In this document: positions 1 through 9,802 of the stretch, in pieces
Position numbering within the stretch: the stretch's first letter is position 1
How the letters are laid out: each line of letters starts with the position of its first letter
From: Macrostomum lignano
Lineage: Eukaryota
DNA length: 64,000 nucleotides
Direction: 5' to 3'
Assembly (NCBI GenBank): GCA_002269645.1
Contig: NIVC01000716.1
Coordinates: 331,426-395,425, forward strand
Translations under genes and position numbers: made by a program
Notes under the pieces: model-generated
Seen by the model: only the letters and a program-made list of their open reading frames with translations
Database searches by the model: none
Told to the model about the DNA's origin: nothing

Positions 1-1
1 C

Positions 2-125
2 CTGCGGTCAAAGGAGTATGCTTTCACTACAGTTTCAGGGGAGTGTGTTACGATCAAGGGGGTTGATAAAAGCAGTACAAATATAAAGTTTGAAACATTT
101 AAAAACATACTATTGACAGATTACA
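2..125 (+). pseudogene. C-terminal fragment of a divergent protein-primed PolB (outer relic element), truncated at a junction near 115-125
   Basis: Frame from nt 2 reads LRSKEYAFTTVSGECVTIKGVDKSSTNIKFETFKNILLTD, matching the pPolB LRxKxY...KxKG(V/I)...IxFxxY/F motifs (compare LRAKSY...KSKGIPK in Polinton 1). Not in the ORF track. Confidence 0.7.
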
Positions 126-957
126 ATTTCATTGTTAGTAAACCTCTCTTTGAACAAAGTAGTTACCTGTTTGAGTTTGTTGGCTCTTTGTATTGAATTT
201 ATATTCTTCATTGTACTCTGTAGTTTCTTTTCAAGTGCTTTTAACTTCTCTTTATCATCAGCCGCCTTCTTAATTGCAATTTCGAGTCTAGTCTTTCGGT
301 GGTTTAACTCACTGCTAACAAGATTTGATATTTTAAGAAATATGTCATTTATACTACTTAGTTCTCTCCACTTATCATCATCAAAATAGTAAATACCATC
401 GCTATTGTAAATTATATTATTCTTCTTATATTCATAAACAAAGTTGGTTATGTTAACGTCAGTGAAATTATCATCAAGATACTCAATCCTACCATAGTAA
501 TCATATTTGCTTTTCCATTCCTTATATTTGTTATAGTTTTCTTTACTTGCCCATTTCTTTAGTGTACCGATAGTAAGTCTGTCCTGTGCATCAGCAGAGC
601 TGGCACTGGTGCTATTCCACTCCTTTTTACATGATTCGGAATCGAACTTATCATCATAATTTACTTTTGACCAATCAGTGAATACTTTGTACATTTCATC
701 ACCACTGCCTATGTCGCGGAGTATAAGTGCTACCTTGTACCAAGAATCATAGTCTTGGTTTTTGTGTTGTATTATACTTAACAACTTTGAAACTCCTTCA
801 CAAGTGGGTGGTGGAACGGTGCTTTTTAGTGCCTGTTTATCGGGTTCTTGGTTTTCTTTTTTATCCTGTGGCTCAATTAATCTATTTATCTCTTCAAGAA
901 CTACAACTGGCATGTCTATTAACCTTTCGGGCTTTATACGTTTGTATTCCCTAATTT
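110..957 (-). pseudogene. 3' part of D5-like primase gene (PriCT-2 plus D5-N region), split by Polinton 1 and truncated before the SF3 helicase
   Basis: DYDSWYKVALIL...FTDWSK...KF...C..EW...LTIGTLKKWASKEN is a PriCT-2 pattern; IIYNSDGIYYFDDDKW is D5-N-like. It joins in frame with 17135-17681 when the Polinton and one TSD copy are removed. Confidence 0.8.
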
Positions 958-963
958 CACCAT
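958..963. repeat. Left target-site duplication of Polinton 1 (CACCAT)
   Basis: CACCAT lies directly before AGTAG at 964 and recurs directly after CTACT at 17135-17140; 6-bp TSDs are typical of Polintons. Confidence 0.95.
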
Positions 964-1310
964 AGTAGAAGGCGTGAGGGGGCTTTTGGGACAAAATTTT
1001 TCACATCCTCCATAATCCCATTAAATCCATCTATATTATCCCCGACAGAATCAGAAAAAAGGGGGGTCGCACTCGCTCACAAAACATCCTCCATAATCCC
1101 ATTAAATCCATCCATATTATCCCTGACAGAATCAGAGCATAACAGGTGTCCTACTGTTATGCTCTGAGGGTTTATGCTCTGAGCATAATCCACTAACATC
1201 CACCCATAGCATCTTCGAAACAATCAGAAAAGAATCTGCATTCTTCTCCCCACATTCAATCCGCAATGTGCTACCACATCCCAAAGACTTTAAATCATCA
1301 GAGCAGGGTC
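964..1310 (+). repeat. Left TIR of Polinton 1
   Basis: Reverse complement of ~16787-17134; near-identical for ~300 bp, then degenerate. Contains one full and one partial 81-bp unit. Confidence 0.93.
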
Positions 1311-1760
1311 CTTACCCTTTGAAAAAATATAAATAATTTTATTATTCATTAGTAAGAATGATATATTTATTAACGGTTGCACAACTGATAGGATATGTAT
1401 CAACTATTACAAGATTATCAAAAATGGTAGAAAAAACAGACACTATGTAGGATCTGCGTTAGAATTCTTCAACAACATACAGAGCCAGCCTAGCGTTCCT
1501 TTGAGCCAGCAGCTAGATTCTCTAACGCCGTTAGAATTTTCTATGTGAAAATTTGGTGTGCCCAAGCTTATCTTGCGGGAAACTTTTCACATAGAAATTT
1601 CTAACAGCGTTAGAATTTCAAACCCACCGACTGAGTTGCACACAGTACTGAGAAAATTGCTACCCTCCTCTACTTAACCAATCGGCTGTCTCCAGTTGTT
1701 GAATCTACTCTTTGAAATTCTAACGCGTTAGAAAAATTCTAAATGAACTGAATTTAAAAA

Positions 1761-2438
1761 TTACACAACTTTCCACGCAGGATCACTGGCCAAAATTTCT
1801 TCTAGAAACTTCATCTTAGAGTTTAGTTCCCTAATTGGCATTGACACCTGTCTCAAGCCTGGGTAGGTAACAGACAGTTTGTACAGACGAATGTACAAAT
1901 AGCCAGTTGATTCCTGGATGTTTACATTTTTACACAAATGGGCGAACCGCACTTTAACATCTTGTCCAAAGTTCTCGGTGCGATAAGTTTTTAGCAGCCG
2001 CCCAACTTCGAGAATCCAATGTAGACCTCCAATTTGAGTCTTCTTGTATTTTGCTAGAGCCGCCTTCACCCTAGTGATGATGTTCTGCTCGCCAGATGGA
2101 AGCTGGTGATCAACAGCGTTTATCAGCTGATCAGCTAGTGTTACGCGGGATGCGTACAACTTCTCCCTGAATATCTGCAGATCCGCCATCTTCTTCTGCA
2201 GAGCCGCCGCCTTCTTCTCTTCGCTACTCACATTTTGCGCTTCATTCGCTGCGGCGATATCATCAGGGGCCATGGCGAAAAACTCGATTGGTAGGTCGCC
2301 AGTTTCTAGACCGAAAAAGGTGGTTAGTTCCTCTCTTCTTCTTGCTTGTAGATGTGACGGAATATCCTGTAAAACTCTTTGTAGCATGGCACAAAGGCCT
2401 TGCTTATCTGTCAAATGAAGATTCCACTCGACTTCCAT
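1761..2438 (-). CDS. Accessory protein of unknown function, 225 aa (Polinton 1 left arm only)
   Basis: Intact ATG-initiated ORF with a predicted helical character; absent from Polinton 2. Confidence 0.7.
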   Translation of the reverse strand: MEVEWNLHLTDKQGLCAMLQRVLQDIPSHLQARRREELTTFFGLETGDLPIEFFAMAPDDIAAANEAQNVSSEEKKAAALQKKMADLQIFREKLYASRVTLADQLINAVDHQLPSGEQNIITRVKAALAKYKKTQIGGLHWILEVGRLLKTYRTENFGQDVKVRFAHLCKNVNIQESTGYLYIRLYKLSVTYPGLRQVSMPIRELNSKMKFLEEILASDPAWKVV

Positions 2439-3276
2439 TTTCTAAATCTTCTTGTCTTCTAATCTTCTAGTTTGGCGGACAATTTCTTAGATCACTTTCA
2501 GCGTGCTTAAGTTCCTGCAGTCGTCGTTTCTCAGTCGCAGTTGATGGCATATGCGGGGAGAATCAACCCGAGTGTTTCTGCATTTGCTTAAATACAGCTA
2601 TACAGCTAAAAAATTCCAGAAAATTCTTAGACTGTACAATCTTGGAGTCAAGCAGGGAAAAAAATAATCGATATAGCTCAGTGAACGATAGAACATGAGG
2701 CGTGTGAATGTGAGGGTGCTTTAACTAGCTTCTAAGCGATCGATTCCCTCCACCCGTTTGAAGTCCCTGTACATTTCCTTGGTTGATTGGGTTTGTCAAA
2801 GCGGAAAGGAAAGCACGCGTGGAACTTGTACATTCGCAAAATCGATTAGAGGGCTGCGCTCCCTCAGCAAATAGGAGTTACCCCACCCCCTTCTGCTTCT
2901 CAACTTTTCAAAATGCAGCTGTTGCGCTTGGTTAGGGCTGAGAATAATAGTTAACCCTTCCCGACTCAAGCGCCTCTCTCTACCCCGCCCCATATCTTCA
3001 TACCGTATAGACCAACAAGGCGGGCCACATTCCGAGGCCAAATCGGCGGGCCGAGGCCAACTCGGCGGGCCAACTGGCCTCGCAATTTGGCCAATAATCA
3101 ATATCAATCAAGGAATCCCAAGCAGTCCATGCATGCCAATGGCGGTGAAGCGGTTGACTTTTTTTCATTTTCTGCTCTTAGCTCTCTGGAGAATGAGAAT
3201 CTCTCTTGTGCGCAACTCTTTAGGGAATAAAAAACTGTACTTACTCAAATCCACACTTGCTCATGCCCTTCCCGAT

Positions 3277-3777
3277 TCAAGCGCCCCTTTCTACCCCCAG
3301 CTCTTTCAGCAGTCTTCCCAATTTCTTGTTAGGAGCGCACAAAATAAACCCTACTCCCAAGCCTCCGCCCTCTCTTTCCGCACACCCGCCCTCTCTCCCC
3401 AAACACCCACCCTCGGCGCCGACCCCCAACCCCAATTTTGTCTTACTAAAAATAACAGCTTTAACTAGCTTCCGAGCGATCGACTCACGAAATCCGCTTG
3501 AAGCCCCAATATTGTCTAGTCTCTTAAGCATTTCTTTGTCCCACCGATTCTTCTCCTCAGGAAAATCTCTATACTTAACGTCGTGCCACATGCAGACAGA
3601 GTCTAGCTCATTCACAGGCTCATGCCCAGGATTTGGATTATTGTTTTTATCTAACTGTATTTCAAGTGGATTCAAAGGCCCGCAATATTTATAGCCGGGA
3701 AGTGTCCAGCCTTTGTTTGGATGAGGAAGCTTTTCTATCAGTCCATGTGAATCTATTTTACCACCAGAGCGCTGCAT
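3277..3777 (-). CDS. Parvovirus VP1u-like phospholipase A2 protein
   Basis: LPGYKYCGPLN (Ca-binding loop), CMWHDVKY (catalytic HD) and WDKEML. The likely start is ATG 3777, as in the copy at 40323. Confidence 0.88.
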   Translation of the reverse strand: MQRSGGKIDSHGLIEKLPHPNKGWTLPGYKYCGPLNPLEIQLDKNNNPNPGHEPVNELDSVCMWHDVKYRDFPEEKNRWDKEMLKRLDNIGASSGFRESIARKLVKAVIFSKTKLGLGVGAEGGCLGREGGCAEREGGGLGVGFILCAPNKKLGRLLKELGVERGA

Positions 3778-3807
3778 TATTTTATTTAAAATTTTCTTTT
3801 TAAATAA

Positions 3808-4833
3808 ATGACAGATCAGAAACTTAAAAAACTCTACTACAGCGACAAAGGATTCTTTGTAGGCAAAAATGCCGTTAGTAAACTCATGAAGCTGAGTAAG
3901 GAGCCAAAAGCTACAGTAGAAAAATGGCTCTCTAAGCAGGCTGTCTTTCAAGTCTATTTCCCACCAGTAAAATTTGAAAGGCCCCATTTCAGTATTTATA
4001 AACCTAATGAAGCGCACCAAGCAGATCTTTTGTTTCTCCCCAACGACTCAGGCTACAAGTATGCTCTTAAAATTATTGACATTGCTTCCAGATATAAGGA
4101 AGCTCGCCCACTCAAGACGAAGAAGTCAGAGGTTGTTGCCAGCGCACTGCAAGATATTTATAAAAACTCTCCGCTCACATACCCCCAAATCTTTATGACC
4201 GACCCGGGTAAGGAATTCATGGGTGTAGTGAAATCCCTTATGGAAAAGAAAAACACAGAGATTCGCTATGGCAGAACAAACTTGCACAGAGACCAGGCTT
4301 TTGTGGAAAGATTCAATCTAATTCTAGCCAAGAGACTATTCACTAAGCAGACAGCGCAAGAACTCAAACTGAGTGCGGGGCAGTACTATACCAAGTGGAC
4401 AGAAAGACTCCCCACTGTTATAGAGCAACTGAACAATGAAGTCACACGCATGACTGGATTGAAACCATCCCATGCAATTAAACAAGACACTGTCGAACTT
4501 AAGGCATCTCATAGAACACACAACACACACAACACACACAACACAAAACACACCTCAAACTACCCTAAGCTTCCAGGAGTTGAATCACCATACATACTGA
4601 CAAACTCTGAGTTTCTACGCTTTTTATATCTACCGGGAGAGCTAGAGAAAGACACCAAAAGAAGAGCTACAGATCCATACTTCAGCCTTGATGTACATAA
4701 AATAGACAGACATTTTACCTCCGACTCCGGTGACTATTACTTTTTATCTCAAGCCTTTAACCCTAAATCCCCCACGCGGTCATTCACTAGAGCTGAACTC
4801 CTAGTGATACCAGCTGACACAGAAATTAATTAA
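3808..4833 (+). CDS. Retroviral-type (rve) integrase
   Basis: HQADLL / MTDPGKEF / VERFN DDE triad; intact 341-aa ORF. Confidence 0.93.
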   Translation: MTDQKLKKLYYSDKGFFVGKNAVSKLMKLSKEPKATVEKWLSKQAVFQVYFPPVKFERPHFSIYKPNEAHQADLLFLPNDSGYKYALKIIDIASRYKEARPLKTKKSEVVASALQDIYKNSPLTYPQIFMTDPGKEFMGVVKSLMEKKNTEIRYGRTNLHRDQAFVERFNLILAKRLFTKQTAQELKLSAGQYYTKWTERLPTVIEQLNNEVTRMTGLKPSHAIKQDTVELKASHRTHNTHNTHNTKHTSNYPKLPGVESPYILTNSEFLRFLYLPGELEKDTKRRATDPYFSLDVHKIDRHFTSDSGDYYFLSQAFNPKSPTRSFTRAELLVIPADTEIN

Positions 4834-4849
4834 AATATTAAAATAAAAA

Positions 4850-5296
4850 ATGACAAAGATTGAAACCAGAACCATCAATAAACTCAATAAAATCATTGAA
4901 TCAAAGAAACCAGGTATTATATCAATTAAATGTGCCAAAGTAAAAATCGATCCCACGCAGCAAATACTTCAGTGTAATGAGCAAAGACACAGTATCACAG
5001 ATGAAAAGTCAGGAGGAATCCTACCATTAGCAGCTCTTATTCCGATCATTGCAGGCGCTGTAAGTGCCGCAGGTGGTGTAGCTGGAGGTGTAGCAACTGC
5101 TGTTAAAGCTGGGAATGATAGAGCCCACCAGCTGGAATTGCAAAAGATTGCAAGAGACAAAGGTATAACAATTAAGGCAGGAGAGGGCTGCCCCGATCGT
5201 GATGATTGTGAGAATGAAAATTCTATAAGCAAGTCTGACATTGTCAAAGCCATCATGACACTGCACAATGCTGGGTTTACAATAATGCGCATGTGA
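4850..5296 (+). CDS. Small core protein with adenovirus pX-like hydrophobic segment
   Basis: SGGILPLAALIPIIAGAVSAAGGVAGG resembles adenoviral pX (GGILPLLIPLIAAAIGA); conserved at 41386-41853. Confidence 0.7.
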   Translation: MTKIETRTINKLNKIIESKKPGIISIKCAKVKIDPTQQILQCNEQRHSITDEKSGGILPLAALIPIIAGAVSAAGGVAGGVATAVKAGNDRAHQLELQKIARDKGITIKAGEGCPDRDDCENENSISKSDIVKAIMTLHNAGFTIMRM

Positions 5297-5419
5297 TGAG
5301 GTTTAAAACCCCACTTTATCCAGCTTCATAAACCTAACGCTACTGATAGGATGTAGAAACAGTTCAACTTTTCTATCAGGGTAGTAACCCTCAAAAAATT
5401 TTTTATTTTAGAGAAAAAA

Positions 5420-8400
5420 ATGCCAAAAGCTAATCCAGCAAAAGATTTAGTCAACAAACATTTTTCAAAAGGCGTCTCATTTCAAGACAAAAGTAATTCA
5501 CTAAGAGAAGCATGCAAACAAAAGTTCAACACCGACCCTGGTCACCTGGGAAGCTATGAAAAACAGTTGGAAATCATCCAACAATTAGAATCCAACCAGT
5601 ATGCGCCTATACGAGTACAAAATCCTGCAAAGGAACACCAAGAGAGGAGTCGCAACTTAGTTAACAAATATGAAACTCTCACTGGTGAAAAAGCAAAGTA
5701 CCCACAAAATAAGCAGGAACAAGAGAAATTAGAGCAATTAATCCATTTAAAAGAGTCGGAGCTTGCCACTGAAGAGATTAATTTTGCACAGAGGAAGTTT
5801 ACAGAACATTACATAGAGTACACAATCCCAATTAACGGCACCACGGCACCACCGCAAACATCTACGACTATAAAGACAGCATCCAATCAGTTGTTGATCA
5901 CACACTCAAAACACGCAAGACCTTTAAACTACAGATATCATTCAAGATTGCGTTTTATATGCCTGCAAAACCTACTGAGCATCTCGAGTATTACATGACA
6001 ACAAAGGCAAAGCCATTCACCCCTACAGACACACTGGATCCTTTCCTTCAAGATGTCACTAAGAAAATTGAAGCGTTTACATCCAGAGGTTCCGGATGGG
6101 TCGTAGGGGGGATTCAAAGAGCGACTATCATGGTCATGAAATATGACCCACTTAAAGCCTCCCTTATCTAGAGCTCCCGCATAAGCTAGCCGGCAAAAAA
6201 GCTTGCATAAATGTTAAAAATAAAGACAATTGCTGTGCTCTATGGGCAGTTCTTCTGCACTTCTTTATGATAGTGTCCTCACCACCCCGAAAGAACCTCA
6301 AATTATCAAAATTATTTCAACTACTATCTCATCGAATGCGAAAAGAAGGGAATCAGGTTTGACAAAGGAGGCTTGGCGATCTCTCAGATCCCAAAGCTAG
6401 AAGAAGTGTTTAATAACAAAATTAGAATCACAGTCTTTGAGTGGAGTGAAAAAACTGAGAAAGTTCAACCGGTCAGATGTAGCAAAGACGTTTTAGATCC
6501 TGAGGGGAAAAGGCGGACTGAAGTGGATCTTCTAGTGATTGGTAATTTACTAGAGGAGGCTCACTATGTTTGGATTAAAGACTCATTCACAAGCAGTTGA
6601 ATAATCATCACGAGGCTGTTGCCATCTGCCGCTTGTGCCTTAAGCATTACAGTGGACCTGAGCGCTTTGAAAAACTAGCAGAGCATGAATTATCATGCGA
6701 GGATCACCCGACAAACTGCTCTCTTCCTTCAGCTGAAGAGAAGTATCTCCGGTTTAAGAACTATCACAAGATGGAGAAGCTCCCATTTGTTGTATATGCT
6801 GATTTCGAATGCTCAATCGTGCCAAAAACTCAAAAACAAACTCCAACTCAAAAACAAACTCAAACTCAAAAACATGTCCCCAATTCAGTAGCATATGCCT
6901 TTATTAATACAAAAGGACTTGTTGAGTATAATTTTTTCTTTGGAGAGCAGTGTGTGGAGCAGTTTATTGCCAGAATGTTAGAGTTGCAAAAAGTTATTAG
7001 CACCCTTCAACCTGTTCCAATAATGATGACTGAGGAGGATGAAAGCAATTTCCTATCAGCAACTCATTGTCACATCTGCAGGAAACAGTTAACTTGCACT
7101 AATATTAAAAACCTGACCGTTAGAGACCACTGCCACTATACTAGGAAATTTAGAGGTGCAGCGCATAACACCTGTAATCTAAAGCTAAAATCGAACATTC
7201 ATGATCTAACGATATTTTGTCACAACGCAAAGAACTATGACATGCATTTAATAGTTGAAAAAATCGGCATGATTCCAGACATACACCTTGATTGCATCGC
7301 AGAGAACAAGGAGAAGTTTAAGTGTGTTGATATTAAACAGGATAATTCAGGTAAAGGTAAAATAAGACTGAAGGATTCATATCAATTTCTAGCTGCCAGT
7401 CTAGACGAACTAAGCAAGAATCTAAAAGATGAACAATGTACATATACAAAGATGTTTGCAAGTAAAATTAACAATACTGATGAATCATTTAAACTTTTAA
7501 GAAAGAAATGCTTCTACCCCTATGAGAATATTACTGGGTATCACGTATTTGAAGAAGGTTTACCACCACAGGAGAAGTTCTTTTCAAAGCTAACAGACTC
7601 TGGAATCTCTGACAAAGACTATGAGCACGCGAAGCATGTTATAATTACTTTAATTGTCAAAACTTCTTCCAGTATCACCTGCTTTACCTCTTCACAGATG
7701 TGTTTCTGCTGGCCGATGTGTTTGAAACCTTCAGATATACCTGGTACACAGCATATGGCCTCGATCCAGCACATTATGTGTCTCTGCCTGCCACTAGCTG
7801 GGAATCTTTGCTTAAAATGAAATGGGATCAAGATCCAGATTGGTACATTGAACTTCTTACAGACATTGACATGTACAATTTTGTCGAATCGTCAAAGCGA
7901 GGGGGGATCTCAATTTGCGTTAACAGGTATGCAAAAGCAAACAATCCCTACATTGAATCTTACAATAAGGAGCAGCCCTCAAACTACATTACTTACTTGG
8001 ACGCTAATAATCTCTACGGGTGGGCGATGAGTCAAGATCTTCCAGTTAGAGATTTTCGATGGCTACCCTCATCAGAATTTAAACGGGACTTTTCATTGGC
8101 TGCCATTTATGAAGTTGATGTTTACATTCCACCAGAGCTTCACGACTATTTCTCTGACTTTCCACCCTTCCCAGAGAACATCAAGTGCCCGAAAATAATC
8201 GAAACTCCCAATGATAATAATGGAACTTGGCACCTGTCAGGAACAGAAAAAGAACATACAGAGAAACTAACACAGAATCTAAACAACAAGACACGTTACA
8301 AAATCCATTACAAACTGCTTCAATATTTTATCTCACTTGGTTGCAGGGTCACCAAAGTTCACAGGGCTCTTACATTTACAGAGGAAGCGTGGATGAAACC

Positions 8401-9278
8401 CTACATTGATAAGAACACCCAGTTTAGGACCAAAGCAACCAACGACTTTGACAAGAACCTCTTTAAGTTAGCCAACAACTCTGTCTATGGCAAGACTCTT
8501 GAGAATGAGCGGAAAAGAACAAACTGAAACTTGTTACCTCATCAGAGCCTGTGTTATTCAGGCAAATATGTCAAAGCCAACATTCAAAGAACTCCATATC
8601 TTTAATAGCTACTTAGGTGTGATCATATTTTACAAAACCAAGGTGACGCTGCGCAAGCCGATCTATACAGGTGTCACTGTTCTCGACGAATCAAAACGTC
8701 TGATGTACCAGTTCTTCTATGGCATGAAGCAGCAGTACAAGGATAAAATGAAACTCTTGTACACTGACACAGACAGTTTTATTATGGACATTCAAACAGA
8801 AGACATTTATCAGGACATGCTGCAGCAAAAAGATTTGTTTGACTTGTCTGAGTATGATGAATCTTGCAGGACACAGAATGGCGATCAAGTGTTTGACGCC
8901 ACTAACAAGAAAGTGATTGGGAAAATGAAGGACGAGATTGCTGGTGACATAATCACTGAATTCATTGGGTTGAGAGCAAAGTCCTATTTTATAAAATGTG
9001 AGTCGTCAGACCCAATTAAAAAATCAAAGGGAATTCCGAAACGTGTGGTTAGGAAGGAAATTAATGAAGCTGAATACAGAGACGCCTTGAATTGCAACAA
9101 AAAGACATCACATGAGTTCTCAAAGCTACAATCCAAAAACCATATTATTCACACAATTCAGCAAAAGAAGATTGGGCTGTCAGGTGCAGATAACAAGAGA
9201 TTCATTTTTGATGACAATATCAACAGTCTATCGTTCGGGCATTGGAGGTTAGGTTTAGGTTTAGGAGGTGGAGGTTAG
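5420..9278 (+). pseudogene. Protein-primed family B DNA polymerase, several frameshifts
   Basis: VYADFEC (Exo I), RDHCH...AHNTCN endonuclease VII-like insert, HNAKNYD, LDANNLYGWAM, KLANNSVYGK, YTDTDS and LRAKSY motifs, spread over ORFs 5420, 5959, 6373, 6597, 7700 and 8487. Confidence 0.95.
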
Positions 9279-9330
9279 GTTTAGGAGGTGGAGGTTAGGT
9301 TTAGGAGGTGGATATTGGGTTTAGGTTTGA
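9244..9330 (+). repeat. G-rich ~21-bp minisatellite containing TTAGG at the pPolB 3' end
   Basis: ggaggttaggtttaggaggt repeated about 3-4 times; a degenerate equivalent lies at 45804-45895. Confidence 0.8.
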
Positions 9331-9357
9331 GAGAAAGTTTAATAAACCTCACAAAAA

Positions 9358-9759
9358 ATGACGACAAATAACTCTCTTGAAGATTTGGCTAATGAACTGG
9401 AAATCCCAAACTTTAGAGGAATATTTATGAGGGACACTCTGCCTGATTTTCCTCTAAGAAAGGAATGCGGCATCATGAACTTTGACACCACTGATAAGCC
9501 AGGATCTCATTGGGTTTGCTGGGTGATTGATCCCGATCGCAAGCACAAGTGTTATTACTTCGATAGCTATGGGACGGCAGTACCAGAAGAGCTAAGAAAT
9601 TATATGAAGGGGAAAAATAATAAAAAAATTTACCACTCAGACTTTATTCTCCAAGGTCTTAGCAGTGATATTTGCGGTGAGTTGTGCATGACTGTTTTGT
9701 ATGCAATGACCAAAACACGAAAGACCTACAAGGAAATTATTCTTGGCTGTGTTTCATAA
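9358..9759 (+). CDS. Adenain-type cysteine protease
   Basis: GSHWVC (His), YFDSYG (Asp), LQ...SDICG (Gln, Cys); intact 133 aa. Confidence 0.92.
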   Translation: MTTNNSLEDLANELEIPNFRGIFMRDTLPDFPLRKECGIMNFDTTDKPGSHWVCWVIDPDRKHKCYYFDSYGTAVPEELRNYMKGKNNKKIYHSDFILQGLSSDICGELCMTVLYAMTKTRKTYKEIILGCVS

Positions 9760-9802
9760 GGGTTCATTGTGCATTTCTCGTTGTCCTTCTTTCCACATAA
9801 TG

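Noticed and set aside
110-957. Bacterial or phage contamination suggested by the P4/D5-type primase
   Set aside because: It is physically interrupted by a eukaryotic Polinton with a TSD and linked to Polinton-family non-coding sequence.
3778-4020. N-terminal extension of PLA2 given by the ORF track (start 4020)
   Set aside because: It is antisense to integrase and broken in element 2; ATG 3777 matches the second copy.
9244-9330. Interstitial telomere or chromosome-healing site
   Set aside because: TTAGG is embedded in a longer mixed unit at the same internal position in both elements, so it is element-borne.
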